Below are positions 45,311 through 55,371 of a stretch of 64,000 bases of DNA, piece by piece. Source of the stretch: Candidatus Methylobacter oryzae (GTDB taxonomy: Bacteria > Pseudomonadota > Gammaproteobacteria > Methylococcales > Methylomonadaceae); contig CAMAUL010000005.1 in the NCBI GenBank assembly GCA_945861405.1, forward strand, positions 1,629 to 65,628, given 5' to 3'. The notes below the pieces were generated by a model, which did no database searches, was not told the DNA's origin, and saw only the letters and a program-made list of their open reading frames with translations. Each line of letters begins with the position of its first letter. The first letter of the stretch is position 1. A program made the position numbers and the translations under genes.

Positions 45311-46033
45311 ATGAAGTTTAAAATCATTCCAAGTTTAGTTTATGTGTTCCTGCTGCCGGTGTTGCTGGCGTTGGGCATGTGGCAATTAGACCGATCAGAA
45401 CAAAAACGGGCGTTACTTAAGTTGCAAGAGCAAGCCGCCACGACTGATATTATGCATTTGTCTGCGGCTATTGACGACAAGACCGATGCGCTAAGATACC
45501 GGCAAGTCGAGGTTACTGGGCGTTACGATGTGGCGCACCAGCTCTTGATAGATAATCAAATCAGCGGCGGCAAGGCCGGTTATTTTGTGTTGACACCGTT
45601 GGTATTGACCGGGGAAACCAGGGCTGTTTTGGTGAACAGAGGCTGGATTCCGCAAAACCCGGATCGGACGGTAGTTCCTGATTTGCAGATTAACAAGGTA
45701 CAAGCAACTATTAGCGGACGGATTAATCATTTTCCCAGTGTTGGTATAAAATTAGCGGGAGCCGAAATTCCGACAGCAGGTTGGCCCTCGGTAGTGCAAG
45801 TGGTTGATAGTAATGTGTTGGCTAAAAAGCTCGGCTATCCATTATTTCAATTCCAGCTTGAGTTGGACAAAGAGTTACCCGATGGATTTAAACGGGAATG
45901 GCGCACATCAACCATAATGCTACCTGAACAACATACGGCCTATGCAATTCAGTGGTTTGCATTGGCATTGACACTAACGATACTGTTTATTTGGTATAGC
46001 TTTAAAAACAATGATGCACAATCAAAAGAATAA
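45311..46033 (+). CDS. SURF1 family cytochrome oxidase biogenesis protein
   Basis: N-terminal 'LG.WQL.R...K', two terminal TM segments, and cox-cluster context. Confidence 0.8.
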   Translation: MKFKIIPSLVYVFLLPVLLALGMWQLDRSEQKRALLKLQEQAATTDIMHLSAAIDDKTDALRYRQVEVTGRYDVAHQLLIDNQISGGKAGYFVLTPLVLTGETRAVLVNRGWIPQNPDRTVVPDLQINKVQATISGRINHFPSVGIKLAGAEIPTAGWPSVVQVVDSNVLAKKLGYPLFQFQLELDKELPDGFKREWRTSTIMLPEQHTAYAIQWFALALTLTILFIWYSFKNNDAQSKE

Positions 46034-46610
46034 AAATCATCTATTAATCCTGGCTATTTTCGGAATGTCTGTGATTCCGTTTCTAATCGCATGGGGACTC
46101 AAAGAATATCCTCAGTTGTTAAACGGGCAAACCAATAATGGACAGTTAATAACGCCGCCACAGACGACCGAGCGCACAGACCTGACCGGTTTCGATCAGT
46201 TTTCGATAGATAATATGTCAGAGCTTAACGGGCACTGGCTGTTGGTTAACGTCATTCCCAATGGCGAGTGCAATGAGGCTTGTATTGAGGCCTTACATAA
46301 AACCAAACAAATACGCTTGATGTTAAGTAAGGAATTGACCCGTACGCGCCGGATAGTGCTGGTATTAAAAGAAGTGACTCCGAAAACCGCGAGCAAATGG
46401 TGGGAAGACGACCAGACCTTATTAAGAGTCAAACCCAATGACGCCATTGCCAAAAAAATTGCTGCACTCAGGCAAGGCAACATTCCTGACGGGATGCTGT
46501 TGTTAATGGATCCTCTGGGTAATTTGATGATGCAGTATGAGCCGGGTTTCGATCCTTACAATGTAAAAAGCGATCTGATGCACCTTTTGCGAATCTCACA
46601 AATCGGATAG
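46011..46610 (+). CDS. membrane-anchored hypothetical protein of the cox biogenesis cluster
   Basis: 199 aa. N-terminal TM segment. CNEAC pair in a thioredoxin-fold-like context. Overlaps the genes on both sides. Confidence 0.5.
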   Translation: MMHNQKNKNHLLILAIFGMSVIPFLIAWGLKEYPQLLNGQTNNGQLITPPQTTERTDLTGFDQFSIDNMSELNGHWLLVNVIPNGECNEACIEALHKTKQIRLMLSKELTRTRRIVLVLKEVTPKTASKWWEDDQTLLRVKPNDAIAKKIAALRQGNIPDGMLLLMDPLGNLMMQYEPGFDPYNVKSDLMHLLRISQIG

Positions 46611-48628
46611 TGGAAAATAAAATGTTTAAAAAAATAACTCTCTTTAGCGTTGTCTTAGCTTTAATAGTTATCGTAGCAGGTTCTTATGTCCGGTTATCCG
46701 GGGCGGGGTTGGGCTGCCCTGATTGGCCTGGATGCTATGGGCAGGCCATCCCATTCGACTTCGCTCAGGCCAGGATCAGCGAGCATGCCGATTTTAAGGC
46801 GCAGGCGGCCAAAGCTTTTCCGGGGCAAACGCTTGATTTAGCTAAAGCCTGGAAGGAAATGAGTCATCGTTATCTGGCGGCAACCTTAGGCGTGGCTATC
46901 TTGTTGCTGGCGCTGCTTTCGTGGCGCGAACAACAAAACCGAGTGGCAGTAATTACGGGATCATTGGGTTCGGTTATCTTGGTAGGCTTGCAGGCGGCAT
47001 TAGGCATGTGGGCCGTAAAATTGCATGTGATGCCGATTGTGGTAACCGGGCATTTGTTGCTGGGCATGATGACGTTCTGGCTGCTGTTCTGGCTTTATTT
47101 GCGGGTTAAGCCAAAAAGTTCGCTGCCAACAGTACGCAGCAATAGTTTGGCGGTGTTTGCCCGTGTTGCAATGGCCGTGCTGTTTTTAGATATTGTGTTA
47201 GGCGGCTGGGTCAGCGCCAACTATGCCGCTTTAGCTTGCTCTGGTTTTCCGCAGTGCAATGATTCTTGGTGGCCTAAAGCCGATTATCAAACGGCGTTGA
47301 ACTTATTTAATGGATTAAGTACCGGTTATACCGGCGTGATCGCATTCGATGCGCAGGTTGCCGCAAACTGGTTGCATCGGGTTGGTGCGCTGGTTAGTTT
47401 TGTCGTGCTGACTTTGTTGATGTTGAATGCCACCTCGGCGCATCATCCAAAACCGCTCAGACGGGCGGGTTTATGGCTGAGTGTGCTGCTGTTGGCGCAG
47501 ATCGGCTCAGGGATTATCGGCATTAAGCTCGGGTCGCCGTTATGGGCGGCGATGGCTCATAATATGTTTGCCGCCTTGTTGATGTTGCCGTTGATCGCCA
47601 TCAGTTTTTATAGTCGGCAGGCTTACGGCGAAGAGATGCAACCTGCCGTAGAGGTCGAGCTAAAACCGGAAGATGTCACGGAAGAGGCTTATTTAATACC
47701 TGAACCCGAGTCGCTGTACCTGCGCCTTAAAACACAGTTACAGCGTACCCGTTCCGGGCTTAGCGGAGTGCTGGCGCATATTCCTCTGGGATCAAAAGGA
47801 ATAGACAAAGATTTACTGGAAGAAATTGAAGCCAGCTTGTTAATGGCTGATATAGGCGTTGATGCGACCACCACCATCATTAAGCGTCTGACTGAAAGCG
47901 TTGAGCGGCACCAGCTCAATGATGGCGAAGCTTTATCGGCCGCCTTAAAGCAGGAATTGCTGAGCATGCTACAGCCGTGCAGCCAGAACCTGCATATTCC
48001 GAAACAGGACAAGCCATTTGTTATTCTGGTCGTCGGCGTCAATGGGGCGGGTAAAACCACCACCATCGGTAAGTTGGCGAAACGGCTGCAATCGCAAGGC
48101 CATAGCGTGATGCTGGCCGCCGGGGATACGTTCAGGGCGGCGGCGGTCGAGCAATTGCAAACCTGGGGTGAGCGCAATAATATTCATGTGGTGGCCCAGC
48201 ATACCGGGGCCGATTCGGCATCGGTCATTTATGACGGCGTACAATCCGCTCAGGCGAAAGGCATCGATGTGTTGATAGCCGATACCGCCGGACGATTGCA
48301 TACCAAGTCCAACCTGATGGATGAGTTGAAAAAAGTAAAACGGATAATCAGCAAGCTGGATGAAACAGCGCCTCATGAAGTGCTGCTGGTGTTGGATGCC
48401 GGAACCGGACAAAATGCCTTGTCGCAGGCAAGACTGTTTAACGAAACTGTGGCGTTGACCGGCTTGGCTCTGACTAAACTTGATGGCACGGCAAAAGGCG
48501 GTATTATTTTCGCGTTGGCCAAACAGTTCGGCATCCCCATTCGCTTTATAGGGATAGGCGAAGGTATTGATGATCTGCAGGATTTTGATGCAGATGCTTT
48601 TGTAAATGCATTGTTTGTTAAAGACTAG
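46610..48628 (+). CDS. ftsY: heme A synthase (CtaA/COX15) fused in frame to the SRP receptor FtsY
   Basis: aa 1-335 are polytopic with GLGCPDWPGCYG and CtaA-type His/Cys. aa ~365-672 are the FtsY NG domain (GVNGAGKTTTIGKLA, DTAGR, TKLDGTAKGG). No stop codon lies between. An internal ATG is at 47636. Confidence 0.75.
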   Translation: MENKMFKKITLFSVVLALIVIVAGSYVRLSGAGLGCPDWPGCYGQAIPFDFAQARISEHADFKAQAAKAFPGQTLDLAKAWKEMSHRYLAATLGVAILLLALLSWREQQNRVAVITGSLGSVILVGLQAALGMWAVKLHVMPIVVTGHLLLGMMTFWLLFWLYLRVKPKSSLPTVRSNSLAVFARVAMAVLFLDIVLGGWVSANYAALACSGFPQCNDSWWPKADYQTALNLFNGLSTGYTGVIAFDAQVAANWLHRVGALVSFVVLTLLMLNATSAHHPKPLRRAGLWLSVLLLAQIGSGIIGIKLGSPLWAAMAHNMFAALLMLPLIAISFYSRQAYGEEMQPAVEVELKPEDVTEEAYLIPEPESLYLRLKTQLQRTRSGLSGVLAHIPLGSKGIDKDLLEEIEASLLMADIGVDATTTIIKRLTESVERHQLNDGEALSAALKQELLSMLQPCSQNLHIPKQDKPFVILVVGVNGAGKTTTIGKLAKRLQSQGHSVMLAAGDTFRAAAVEQLQTWGERNNIHVVAQHTGADSASVIYDGVQSAQAKGIDVLIADTAGRLHTKSNLMDELKKVKRIISKLDETAPHEVLLVLDAGTGQNALSQARLFNETVALTGLALTKLDGTAKGGIIFALAKQFGIPIRFIGIGEGIDDLQDFDADAFVNALFVKD

Positions 48629-48643
48629 AAAATCGTTTATAAA

Positions 48644-48752
48644 AATGGAACACGGATGACACGGATTAGGCGGATAATCACTGATTTAAAAGTGTGTAGC
48701 ATTTTTAAAAATCCGCGTAAATCAGTCCAATCTGTGTCATCCGTGTTCTATT
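48644..48752. repeat. REP family A copy
   Basis: AATGGAACACGGATGACACGGATTAGGCGGATAATCACTGATTTAAAAG ... TCTGTGTCATCCGTGTTCTATT. Confidence 0.85.
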
Positions 48753-48804
48753 AATCATAATAATCAGCGTTCTATTTTGGGCTGTGGGGTAGTACAAAAA
48801 ACCT

Positions 48805-49497
48805 ATGTTAAAGTTCGATAATGTCAGTATGAGATACCCCGGAGCGGGTGATGTGTTGCGTAATGTCAGCTTTCATCTGGAGCGTGGCGAAATGGCTTTT
48901 CTGACAGGGCATTCAGGGGCAGGAAAAAGCACGTTATTGAAATTGATTGCGCTGATTGAGCGGTGCAGCCGGGGGCAGGTTTTCTTGGACGGTAAAAACC
49001 TTAATCTAGCCACGGATAGACAAGTTCCTTACATGCGCAGGAAAGTAGGTCTGATTTTTCAGGATTACAAACTGCTGCAGGACAGGACGGTTTTTGATAA
49101 TGTGGCATTGCCGCTAGTGATAGCCGGTTACGGACATAATGAGGTTTCTCGAAGAGTACGGGCAGCATTGGACAAAGTCGGATTATTAACCAAAGAAAAA
49201 AAATATCCTGCGGTCTTATCCGGTGGCGAGCAGCAGCGGGTCGGTATTGCCCGTGCGGTGGTTAATAAGCCGCCGATGATTCTGGCCGATGAGCCGACCG
49301 GAAACCTTGATCCTGAACTGTCCGCTGAAATTATGCATTTGTTTGAGCAGTTCCAACAGGTCGGCGTCACTATACTGATTGCCTCACATGATATTTCATT
49401 GATTGCCCAGATGGATCATCGGATATTAAAGCTGGATCATGGTCAGCTGGTTGACGAGTTTGGCGAGTTAGCTGAGGTAAATGATGAAGCACGTTAA
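48805..49497 (+). CDS. ftsE: cell division ATP-binding protein FtsE
   Basis: Walker [10 protein letters not shown], signature LSGGEQQR, Walker B ILADEPTG. Follows ftsY. Confidence 0.9.
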   Translation: MLKFDNVSMRYPGAGDVLRNVSFHLERGEMAFLTGHSGAGKSTLLKLIALIERCSRGQVFLDGKNLNLATDRQVPYMRRKVGLIFQDYKLLQDRTVFDNVALPLVIAGYGHNEVSRRVRAALDKVGLLTKEKKYPAVLSGGEQQRVGIARAVVNKPPMILADEPTGNLDPELSAEIMHLFEQFQQVGVTILIASHDISLIAQMDHRILKLDHGQLVDEFGELAEVNDEAR

Positions 49498-50497
49498 TAA
49501 AAGGCCGGTTAGACCGGCTAAGCCGGTTAAGCAAGAGCCGCGCTGGCAAACCAAAGTTTCCGGCGGCAATTTTGTCGATAAATTTCACGCTTATCATAAC
49601 CTTCACGCACATGCATTGTTTTCAAGCCTTGGAAGACTGCTAGCCTCAAGGTTCTCTTTGGTAATGACCGTCGTTGTTTTGGCGATAGCCATTTCATTAG
49701 CTACAGGCTTTTATATCCTGGTGGCAAACCTCCAACAATTGGCAGGCAATTTGGAAGCCAGCAATCAAATATCATTGTTTCTTAAAGATGATATTTCCGA
49801 GGGCAGGGCAAACAAGTTTGTAGGCAGTATCAGGCAAAATCCCAACATTCAGGATGTAAAACTGATTACCAAGGAGCAGGCGTTGGCAGAGTTTAAAGCC
49901 TACAGCGGCTTCGGCGAAGCCATAAAAGCCCTGGAAAAAAATCCGCTACCGGTTGTGATTCAGGTGTTGCCCAAAAATTCATTGAAAAACGAGCAGGCGA
50001 TTAAGACGATGCTTGATGATTTTAACCGGTCGGCGGAAGTGGATTTTGCCCAGATGGATATGCAATGGGTTAAGCGCCTAAAATCCATTATGGAAGTGGC
50101 GCGGCGCGGCGTTTTCTTATTAAGCTTGTTGCTGGGCGCGGGCGTGTTGCTTATTACCGCCACCACTATACGCTTGGAATTGTATAACCGCCGAGATGAA
50201 GTGGTGATCGCCAAACTGGTGGGGGCGACCAATAGTTTCATTCAAAGGCCGTTTTTGTACAGCGGTTTCTGGATAGGCTTTTTTTCCGGCGTGACGGCAT
50301 GGTTTATAGTCACCGTGATCATGCTGATTTTAAAGCAGCCGGTCGAAACGCTTTCCAGGCTATATGAGGGCGCTTTTCATGTGTTGTTTTTGGGCTTTAC
50401 CGAAACAATGGCCTTGTTGCTTATCTCGTCAGTGTTGGGCGTAATGGGTTCATGGATAGTGCTACATTTTCAGCTCCAACAATTAAAACCCGAGTAG
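49481..50497 (+). CDS. ftsX: cell division permease-like protein FtsX
   Basis: 338 aa with four TM segments and a large periplasmic loop. Overlaps ftsE. Confidence 0.85.
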   Translation: MMKHVNKRPVRPAKPVKQEPRWQTKVSGGNFVDKFHAYHNLHAHALFSSLGRLLASRFSLVMTVVVLAIAISLATGFYILVANLQQLAGNLEASNQISLFLKDDISEGRANKFVGSIRQNPNIQDVKLITKEQALAEFKAYSGFGEAIKALEKNPLPVVIQVLPKNSLKNEQAIKTMLDDFNRSAEVDFAQMDMQWVKRLKSIMEVARRGVFLLSLLLGAGVLLITATTIRLELYNRRDEVVIAKLVGATNSFIQRPFLYSGFWIGFFSGVTAWFIVTVIMLILKQPVETLSRLYEGAFHVLFLGFTETMALLLISSVLGVMGSWIVLHFQLQQLKPE

Positions 50498-50567
50498 AAA
50501 AAAATTATTAGCACTCTTGTGTGCGGAGTGCTAGAATTTGAAAAAAATTCTTACATGAGGGGTTTCA

Positions 50568-51425
50568 ATGAGTAATGCATTAGCTTTACCCGTTAATTTA
50601 TCGGTCGGAACATTCGATGCCTATTTAAATGTCGTCAGGCAAATGCCTAAATTGACAGTAGAACAGGAACGCGAGTTAGCCTTAAAATTCAGGGATAACG
50701 GCGATTTGGAAGCCGCACGCGAGTTGGTGATGACCAATCTGCGCTTCGTGATTCACGTCGCCAGAGGTTACAGCGGTTATGGCTTGTCGATGCCGGATAT
50801 TATCCAGGAAGGCAATGTCGGCTTGATGAAGGCTGTTAAGCGCTTTGATCCTGATGTCGGCGTACGCTTGGTTTCTTTCGCCGTGCATTGGATTAAAGCC
50901 GAAATTCACGAGTATGTGATCAAAAACTGGGGCATTGTAAAAGTTGCGACCACCAAGGCGCAACGTAAACTGTTTTTTAACCTGCGTAAATCCAAGCGGG
51001 ATATAGGCTGGTTATCCAATGACGAGGCGGTGGCGATAGCCAACGATCTCGATGTCGATGTGAGTATCGTTTACGAAATGGAAAAACGTTTGGGAGGCAG
51101 GGACATGTCGTTTGATATGCCGGTCGATGAAGCGGCGGAAGAAAGCTATGTGGCTCCGGCCAGCTATCTTCATCAGCACGGTGCAGATCCTGCGGTACTG
51201 CTTGAGAATTCGGACTGGGTAGGGCATGAGCAGGATTTATTGGCCGATGCGATGGCCGATCTGGACGAACGCAGCCTGGATATTCTGTCAAGTCGCTGGC
51301 TGATGGATAAAAAAGCCACCTTGCATGAACTTGCCGAACGCTACAATGTGTCGGCTGAGAGAATCAGGCAGTTGGAACAGAATGCGATGAAAAAATTGAG
51401 AACAGCGGTTGAATTGGCTGCCTGA
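50568..51425 (+). CDS. rpoH: RNA polymerase sigma-32
   Basis: RpoH box QRKLFFNLRK and sigma70 regions 2-4. Classic ftsYEX-rpoH synteny. Confidence 0.95.
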   Translation: MSNALALPVNLSVGTFDAYLNVVRQMPKLTVEQERELALKFRDNGDLEAARELVMTNLRFVIHVARGYSGYGLSMPDIIQEGNVGLMKAVKRFDPDVGVRLVSFAVHWIKAEIHEYVIKNWGIVKVATTKAQRKLFFNLRKSKRDIGWLSNDEAVAIANDLDVDVSIVYEMEKRLGGRDMSFDMPVDEAAEESYVAPASYLHQHGADPAVLLENSDWVGHEQDLLADAMADLDERSLDILSSRWLMDKKATLHELAERYNVSAERIRQLEQNAMKKLRTAVELAA

Positions 51426-51460
51426 CCCTTCGGTTGCCTCTTAACTTGGTTCATAACTTA

Positions 51461-51492
51461 AAGGCTTAACGACACATCGTTAAGCCTTTTTT
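51461..51492. terminator. bidirectional terminator hairpin between convergent genes
   Basis: AAGGCTTAACGA-CACAT-CGTTAAGCCTT followed by TTTT. Confidence 0.7.
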
Positions 51493-51524
51493 ATTGTCTT
51501 GCGGTTGATATGCAACCGTAAAAC

Positions 51525-51761
51525 TTAAACCGGCCTGAGTATATCCAGAACCGCTTGCGCCTGTTTCGCGGTTTCAAGGCCGAGATTAGTCAGATAGCCT
51601 CCGTCATCCTGCGTGATCAAGCCTTTTTCGAATAGACGATGGGTCGCGGCAATGGTTTCCGGCGTGGCGGTTTTATGTACCTTGATTCCTTCCAGGGTGG
51701 TGGTCAGATCGTAGCGAACCAGAATGTTCAGTTCTTCTACAATATCTTGGGTATAGGGCAT
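51525..51761 (-). CDS. small conserved protein (TIGR02647-like, from memory)
   Basis: 78 aa. '...EGIKVH....PETIAA..RL.EKGLITQ.DGGYLT.LG...A' is a conserved gammaproteobacterial pattern. Confidence 0.55.
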   Translation of the reverse strand: MPYTQDIVEELNILVRYDLTTTLEGIKVHKTATPETIAATHRLFEKGLITQDDGGYLTNLGLETAKQAQAVLDILRPV

Positions 51762-51831
51762 AGTGAATCCTCATGACACATTAATTTAAGGCAGTAGCAT
51801 AATGCTATTTACCATGAAGGAGTATCTTTTT

Positions 51832-52521
51832 TTACGCCGTCTTCTTTCTTGCGATGATCACGCCGTCACGGGTCGGGTTGATAAATGCGTCAAATTCAGG
51901 ATCATTAAAAATGAGTTCATTGTGCTCGATAATGGCTTCCGTCCAACCGGGGAAAATATCCGTATATTTATCAACCGCCACCCGGCCTCGCCACAGCACA
52001 TTATCGGCAATATAAAGCCCGCCGGGGCGGATACGGTCTTTAGCCATTTGCCATATCGCCGGATAATCGCCTTTGTCGACATCGTTATAGCAGATGTCGA
52101 ATAACCCCTCGGTCTGGGCAAATACCTGCTGGGCCATGCCCACCCGGAAATCGATCCGGTTCCATAAACCGGCCGCACTGAGATAGTGCTCGGCTTTTTC
52201 CAGATTCAGAAAATCGGCATCGGAGCAAATCACCCGGCCTTTTGGGCCTACGGCTTTGGCAAACCAATAGGCGGAATAACCATAGCCGCTGCCGAATTCG
52301 AACACCCGTTCGGCGTTGATCATTTTGGCCTGTGCCTCAATAAAAGCCCCTACCAAGCGGCCGATGATAGGAAAATTGTTTTTCTGCGCCAGTGCTTCCA
52401 TATCGAGCAACACTGGATGCACGGTGTGCCGCAGCAAACCGTGCATATAATTTTCAATGGCTGGATTGACCGGGATTAATACGCCTGGATTTGAAACGGT
52501 TGGGGATTTTATATCGGCCAT
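51832..52521 (-). CDS. class I SAM-dependent O-methyltransferase (family 3-like)
   Basis: Start at the internal Met MADIKSP. SAM motif VFEFGSGYGYS. The ORF-track extension to 52809 overlaps the next gene. Confidence 0.75.
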   Translation of the reverse strand: MADIKSPTVSNPGVLIPVNPAIENYMHGLLRHTVHPVLLDMEALAQKNNFPIIGRLVGAFIEAQAKMINAERVFEFGSGYGYSAYWFAKAVGPKGRVICSDADFLNLEKAEHYLSAAGLWNRIDFRVGMAQQVFAQTEGLFDICYNDVDKGDYPAIWQMAKDRIRPGGLYIADNVLWRGRVAVDKYTDIFPGWTEAIIEHNELIFNDPEFDAFINPTRDGVIIARKKTA

Positions 52522-52654
52522 TAGCTGTTTCTCATGGATGATTGCGATGTATTGCTGGTTGCTGGTTGGAGCTGATCCCCGTTGCCTGCGTATCAGGTGA
52601 GGAGGTGGTTTATTGAATTCAAAATACTTTAAAAGATTGAGTGGACGCGTCTTA

Positions 52655-53665
52655 TTAAAACAACTCAATTTCATTGGGGGTGTTATCTTGCGCAAGGACA
52701 GGCATGTCTTCATACAAAACAACCCTGTTTCTGCCGCTGTCTTTGGCTTGGTAAAGCGCTTTATCGGCATTATCCAGCTGTGTCGTAGGCATGGATATGC
52801 CATCGACATGCGTTAAGCCGATGCTGACAGTAACTCGACCGACAGTGGGGAAATTGTAATTGGCAACTGCTTCCCGGAAACGGTTAAAGGTAGCGATAGC
52901 CGTCTCCTGGCTGGCTAAATTTAGGATAACAACAAATTCTTCACCGCCAAAACGGAATAGGAAGTCATTGTAACGAAAGCATTTCCCCATCAGTTGACTA
53001 AAGGTCAGCAGCACCTCGTCGCCATACAAATGGCCGAAATTATCATTAACCCGTTTGAAATGGTCGATATCGAGAATGGCAATCCAGGAGCTTTTCTCCT
53101 CAGCTTTATCAATAACTTGGTAGTCGCTGTAATGCTCGCAGACTTGCAATAAACGGGCATCTAAAGATTGCCGATTAGGCAGTTTGGTTAACACGTCCCG
53201 TTCTTTGGTGTCATGCAATATCACCAGATTCCGATAGATTTCCCGCAGATTGCCCAATAACTCAAGCATATCCTGATCAAATGCGCCTTCCAGATGAATA
53301 GCGCGTTCAGGGCCGCTGCCTCCTCTTATGGAAAAAATAGCCCATGCATATAAACCGGATTCATTTGGAGTGCTGAGACTCAAGTCAACCGTATGGTCAA
53401 GTTCCGCAATTAAGGTGTTATGGTCGTCTTCATCATTTCTGGTGAAATCCAAAGGAAATCGTCTGATTAATAGTTCGCGAACAGTACCGTTTTCTCCGGG
53501 TTTTTTTCTTTCGTGGTTATAAATTTCATAAGCGGCCGCGCTATCAATCCATGGAATTTCAGCCAGAATGTCTAAAAATTTATGCGTTAATGCTTGGTAA
53601 TCCTGTTGGGCGGATAACTGTATAGTCCAGGAAAAAATTTGCTGTACTGTTAGATTGAGATTCAT
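52655..53665 (-). CDS. diguanylate cyclase (GGDEF) with an N-terminal sensory domain
   Basis: Active site GGEEF with I-site RYND five residues upstream. The N-terminal ~170 aa are uncharacterised. Confidence 0.85.
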   Translation of the reverse strand: MNLNLTVQQIFSWTIQLSAQQDYQALTHKFLDILAEIPWIDSAAAYEIYNHERKKPGENGTVRELLIRRFPLDFTRNDEDDHNTLIAELDHTVDLSLSTPNESGLYAWAIFSIRGGSGPERAIHLEGAFDQDMLELLGNLREIYRNLVILHDTKERDVLTKLPNRQSLDARLLQVCEHYSDYQVIDKAEEKSSWIAILDIDHFKRVNDNFGHLYGDEVLLTFSQLMGKCFRYNDFLFRFGGEEFVVILNLASQETAIATFNRFREAVANYNFPTVGRVTVSIGLTHVDGISMPTTQLDNADKALYQAKDSGRNRVVLYEDMPVLAQDNTPNEIELF

Positions 53666-53826
53666 CTGTACTCAGCCGCAATATAAAAAAGCTGTATTAT
53701 GCGGCTTTTGCACGAAGAATGGGATTTTTTTCGGGAATTTGTGGGGATTAAAAAATGTCGAAAACTTAAAGGGCGTAACTATCTGTTATGCAGCGGGGAG
53801 CTTTGGCTAGTTTACGGCATGAGTTT

Positions 53827-54705
53827 TTATGGAGCAGCCAATAACTTACCGAGCATACTTTCTGCCTGATGCAGATAGCTTTGCCCGAACAGGTTCAGGT
53901 GATTGAGTATATGGTATAAGTTATACAGCGTTTTTCTGTTGGCATATCCCGGATCTAGGGGGTAAACAGCTTGATAAGCCTGATAAAATGCCGGGCTGAA
54001 GCCGCCGAACAACTCGGTCATCGCCAGATCGGTTTCCCGGTCGCCAAAGTAGCAGGCCGGATCGTAAATGACCGGATTGCCCTGATCGTCTGCCGCAGCA
54101 TTGCCGCCCCATAAATCACCATGCACCAAAGCCGGTTGCGGCTGGTAGCCTGAAAACAACGGTTTTAAATCGGCACAGAGTCTTTCGCCCAGCGTTTGCA
54201 AGCGACCGCCATAACCGTTGGCTGCCGCCAGCGATAATTGATAGCCTAAGCGTTGCTCAGACCAGAAAGCCAACCAGTCGTCATAACAGCCATTGACTTG
54301 TGCGGTGCTGCCGATAGTGTTGTCGCGGTGCCAACCGAAATAGGGCTGTTTTTGCAGATGCAACTGCGCCAGTTGTTGGCCCAGCAACTGCTCGGAATGC
54401 GTATTCAGGTTTTTCAGGCTGATATATTCCAGTACCAAAAAGGCATGCTCGGCAGTTTTTCTGAAGGCAATAAGTTTCGGTACGCGGATGGTCTGAGTCT
54501 GTGACAAGCCTTCCAGGCCTGCGGCTTCGGCCTCAAACATCGCAACTCGTGCCGGACTGTTCAGCTTGACAAAAAAACTTCGATCTTCTGACTGCAACCG
54601 GTAAGCCGCATTAATATCGCCGCCCGATAGCGGCTGGGCCTTAAGTAACTTAAAAGACCGGTCAGTTGCCGATTCGATGCGTTGAACAATGGGCTGCCAG
54701 TTCAT
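53827..54705 (-). CDS. fructosamine kinase family protein
   Basis: 292 aa. LVHGDLWGGN catalytic motif of the fructosamine-3-kinase/APH fold. Confidence 0.8.
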   Translation of the reverse strand: MNWQPIVQRIESATDRSFKLLKAQPLSGGDINAAYRLQSEDRSFFVKLNSPARVAMFEAEAAGLEGLSQTQTIRVPKLIAFRKTAEHAFLVLEYISLKNLNTHSEQLLGQQLAQLHLQKQPYFGWHRDNTIGSTAQVNGCYDDWLAFWSEQRLGYQLSLAAANGYGGRLQTLGERLCADLKPLFSGYQPQPALVHGDLWGGNAAADDQGNPVIYDPACYFGDRETDLAMTELFGGFSPAFYQAYQAVYPLDPGYANRKTLYNLYHILNHLNLFGQSYLHQAESMLGKLLAAP

Positions 54706-54738
54706 CTTGATACTTCGTAATTAACCAGGAGTTAGAAA

Positions 54739-54834
54739 AAATAGAACGCAGATGACGCTGATGAATATGATGAACGCAGATAATTCAGAAAAATCTTATT
54801 TAATCATAATTATCTGCGTCATCTGCGTTCCATT
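54739..54834. repeat. REP family A variant (CGCAGATGACGCTGAT arms)
   Basis: AAATAGAACGCAGATGACGCTGATG ... TATCTGCGTCATCTGCGTTCCATT. Confidence 0.75.
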
Positions 54835-54861
54835 GTATTTAATGGTATTAAGTAGATTGCT

Positions 54862-55365
54862 TTAGTATAACTTGCCGAATAAATCCAGATGCGTCAGATA
54901 CAGCCGCATATCCAACTCGAAGCGGTGATAAGACGGCTCCATGTGTTCGCACAGCTTATAAAATGCCTTGTTGTGATCTTTTTCCTTTAAATGCGCCAGC
55001 TCATGCACGACGATCATCCTTAAAAACTCCAGCGGCACATTTTTAAACAGCGAGGCCACCCGGATTTCATTTTTCGCCTTGTGCTTGCCGCCCTGCACCC
55101 TGGAGATAAAGGTGTGCAGGCCCAAGGCGTGATGCAGGTCTTTAATCTTGTCATCGTAAATCACCTTGCTAAGCGGCTGGGATTGTTTCAGCAACGCATT
55201 TTTCAGGTCAACGGTATAGGTATAAAGCGCCTTATCCGTCCTGACCGTATGGGCTGCCGGATATTTTTTCAGCAACGTCTCGCCCAGTTTGTCGTTATCG
55301 ATCAGTAAACGCACTTGGCTGGTGACGTTTTCAGGGTAGCCGATCAGATATTTCAATTCAGGCAT
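54862..55365 (-). CDS. YgjP-like (DUF45) zinc metallohydrolase
   Basis: HELAHLKEKDHNKAF (HExxH) in the typical C-terminal position. 167 aa. Confidence 0.75.
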   Translation of the reverse strand: MPELKYLIGYPENVTSQVRLLIDNDKLGETLLKKYPAAHTVRTDKALYTYTVDLKNALLKQSQPLSKVIYDDKIKDLHHALGLHTFISRVQGGKHKAKNEIRVASLFKNVPLEFLRMIVVHELAHLKEKDHNKAFYKLCEHMEPSYHRFELDMRLYLTHLDLFGKLY

Positions 55366-55371
55366 GGCTGG

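Noticed and set aside
50508-50537. Sigma70-like promoter TTAGCA-N18-TAGAAT with an internal 7-bp hairpin upstream of rpoH.
   Set aside because: The spacing is suboptimal and there is no independent support. rpoH promoters are multiple and cannot be assigned from sequence alone.
51832-52809. 325-aa version of the methyltransferase ORF.
   Set aside because: The extension overlaps the 3' end of the GGDEF gene and has no methyltransferase homology. The internal Met at 52521 gives the typical ~229 aa.
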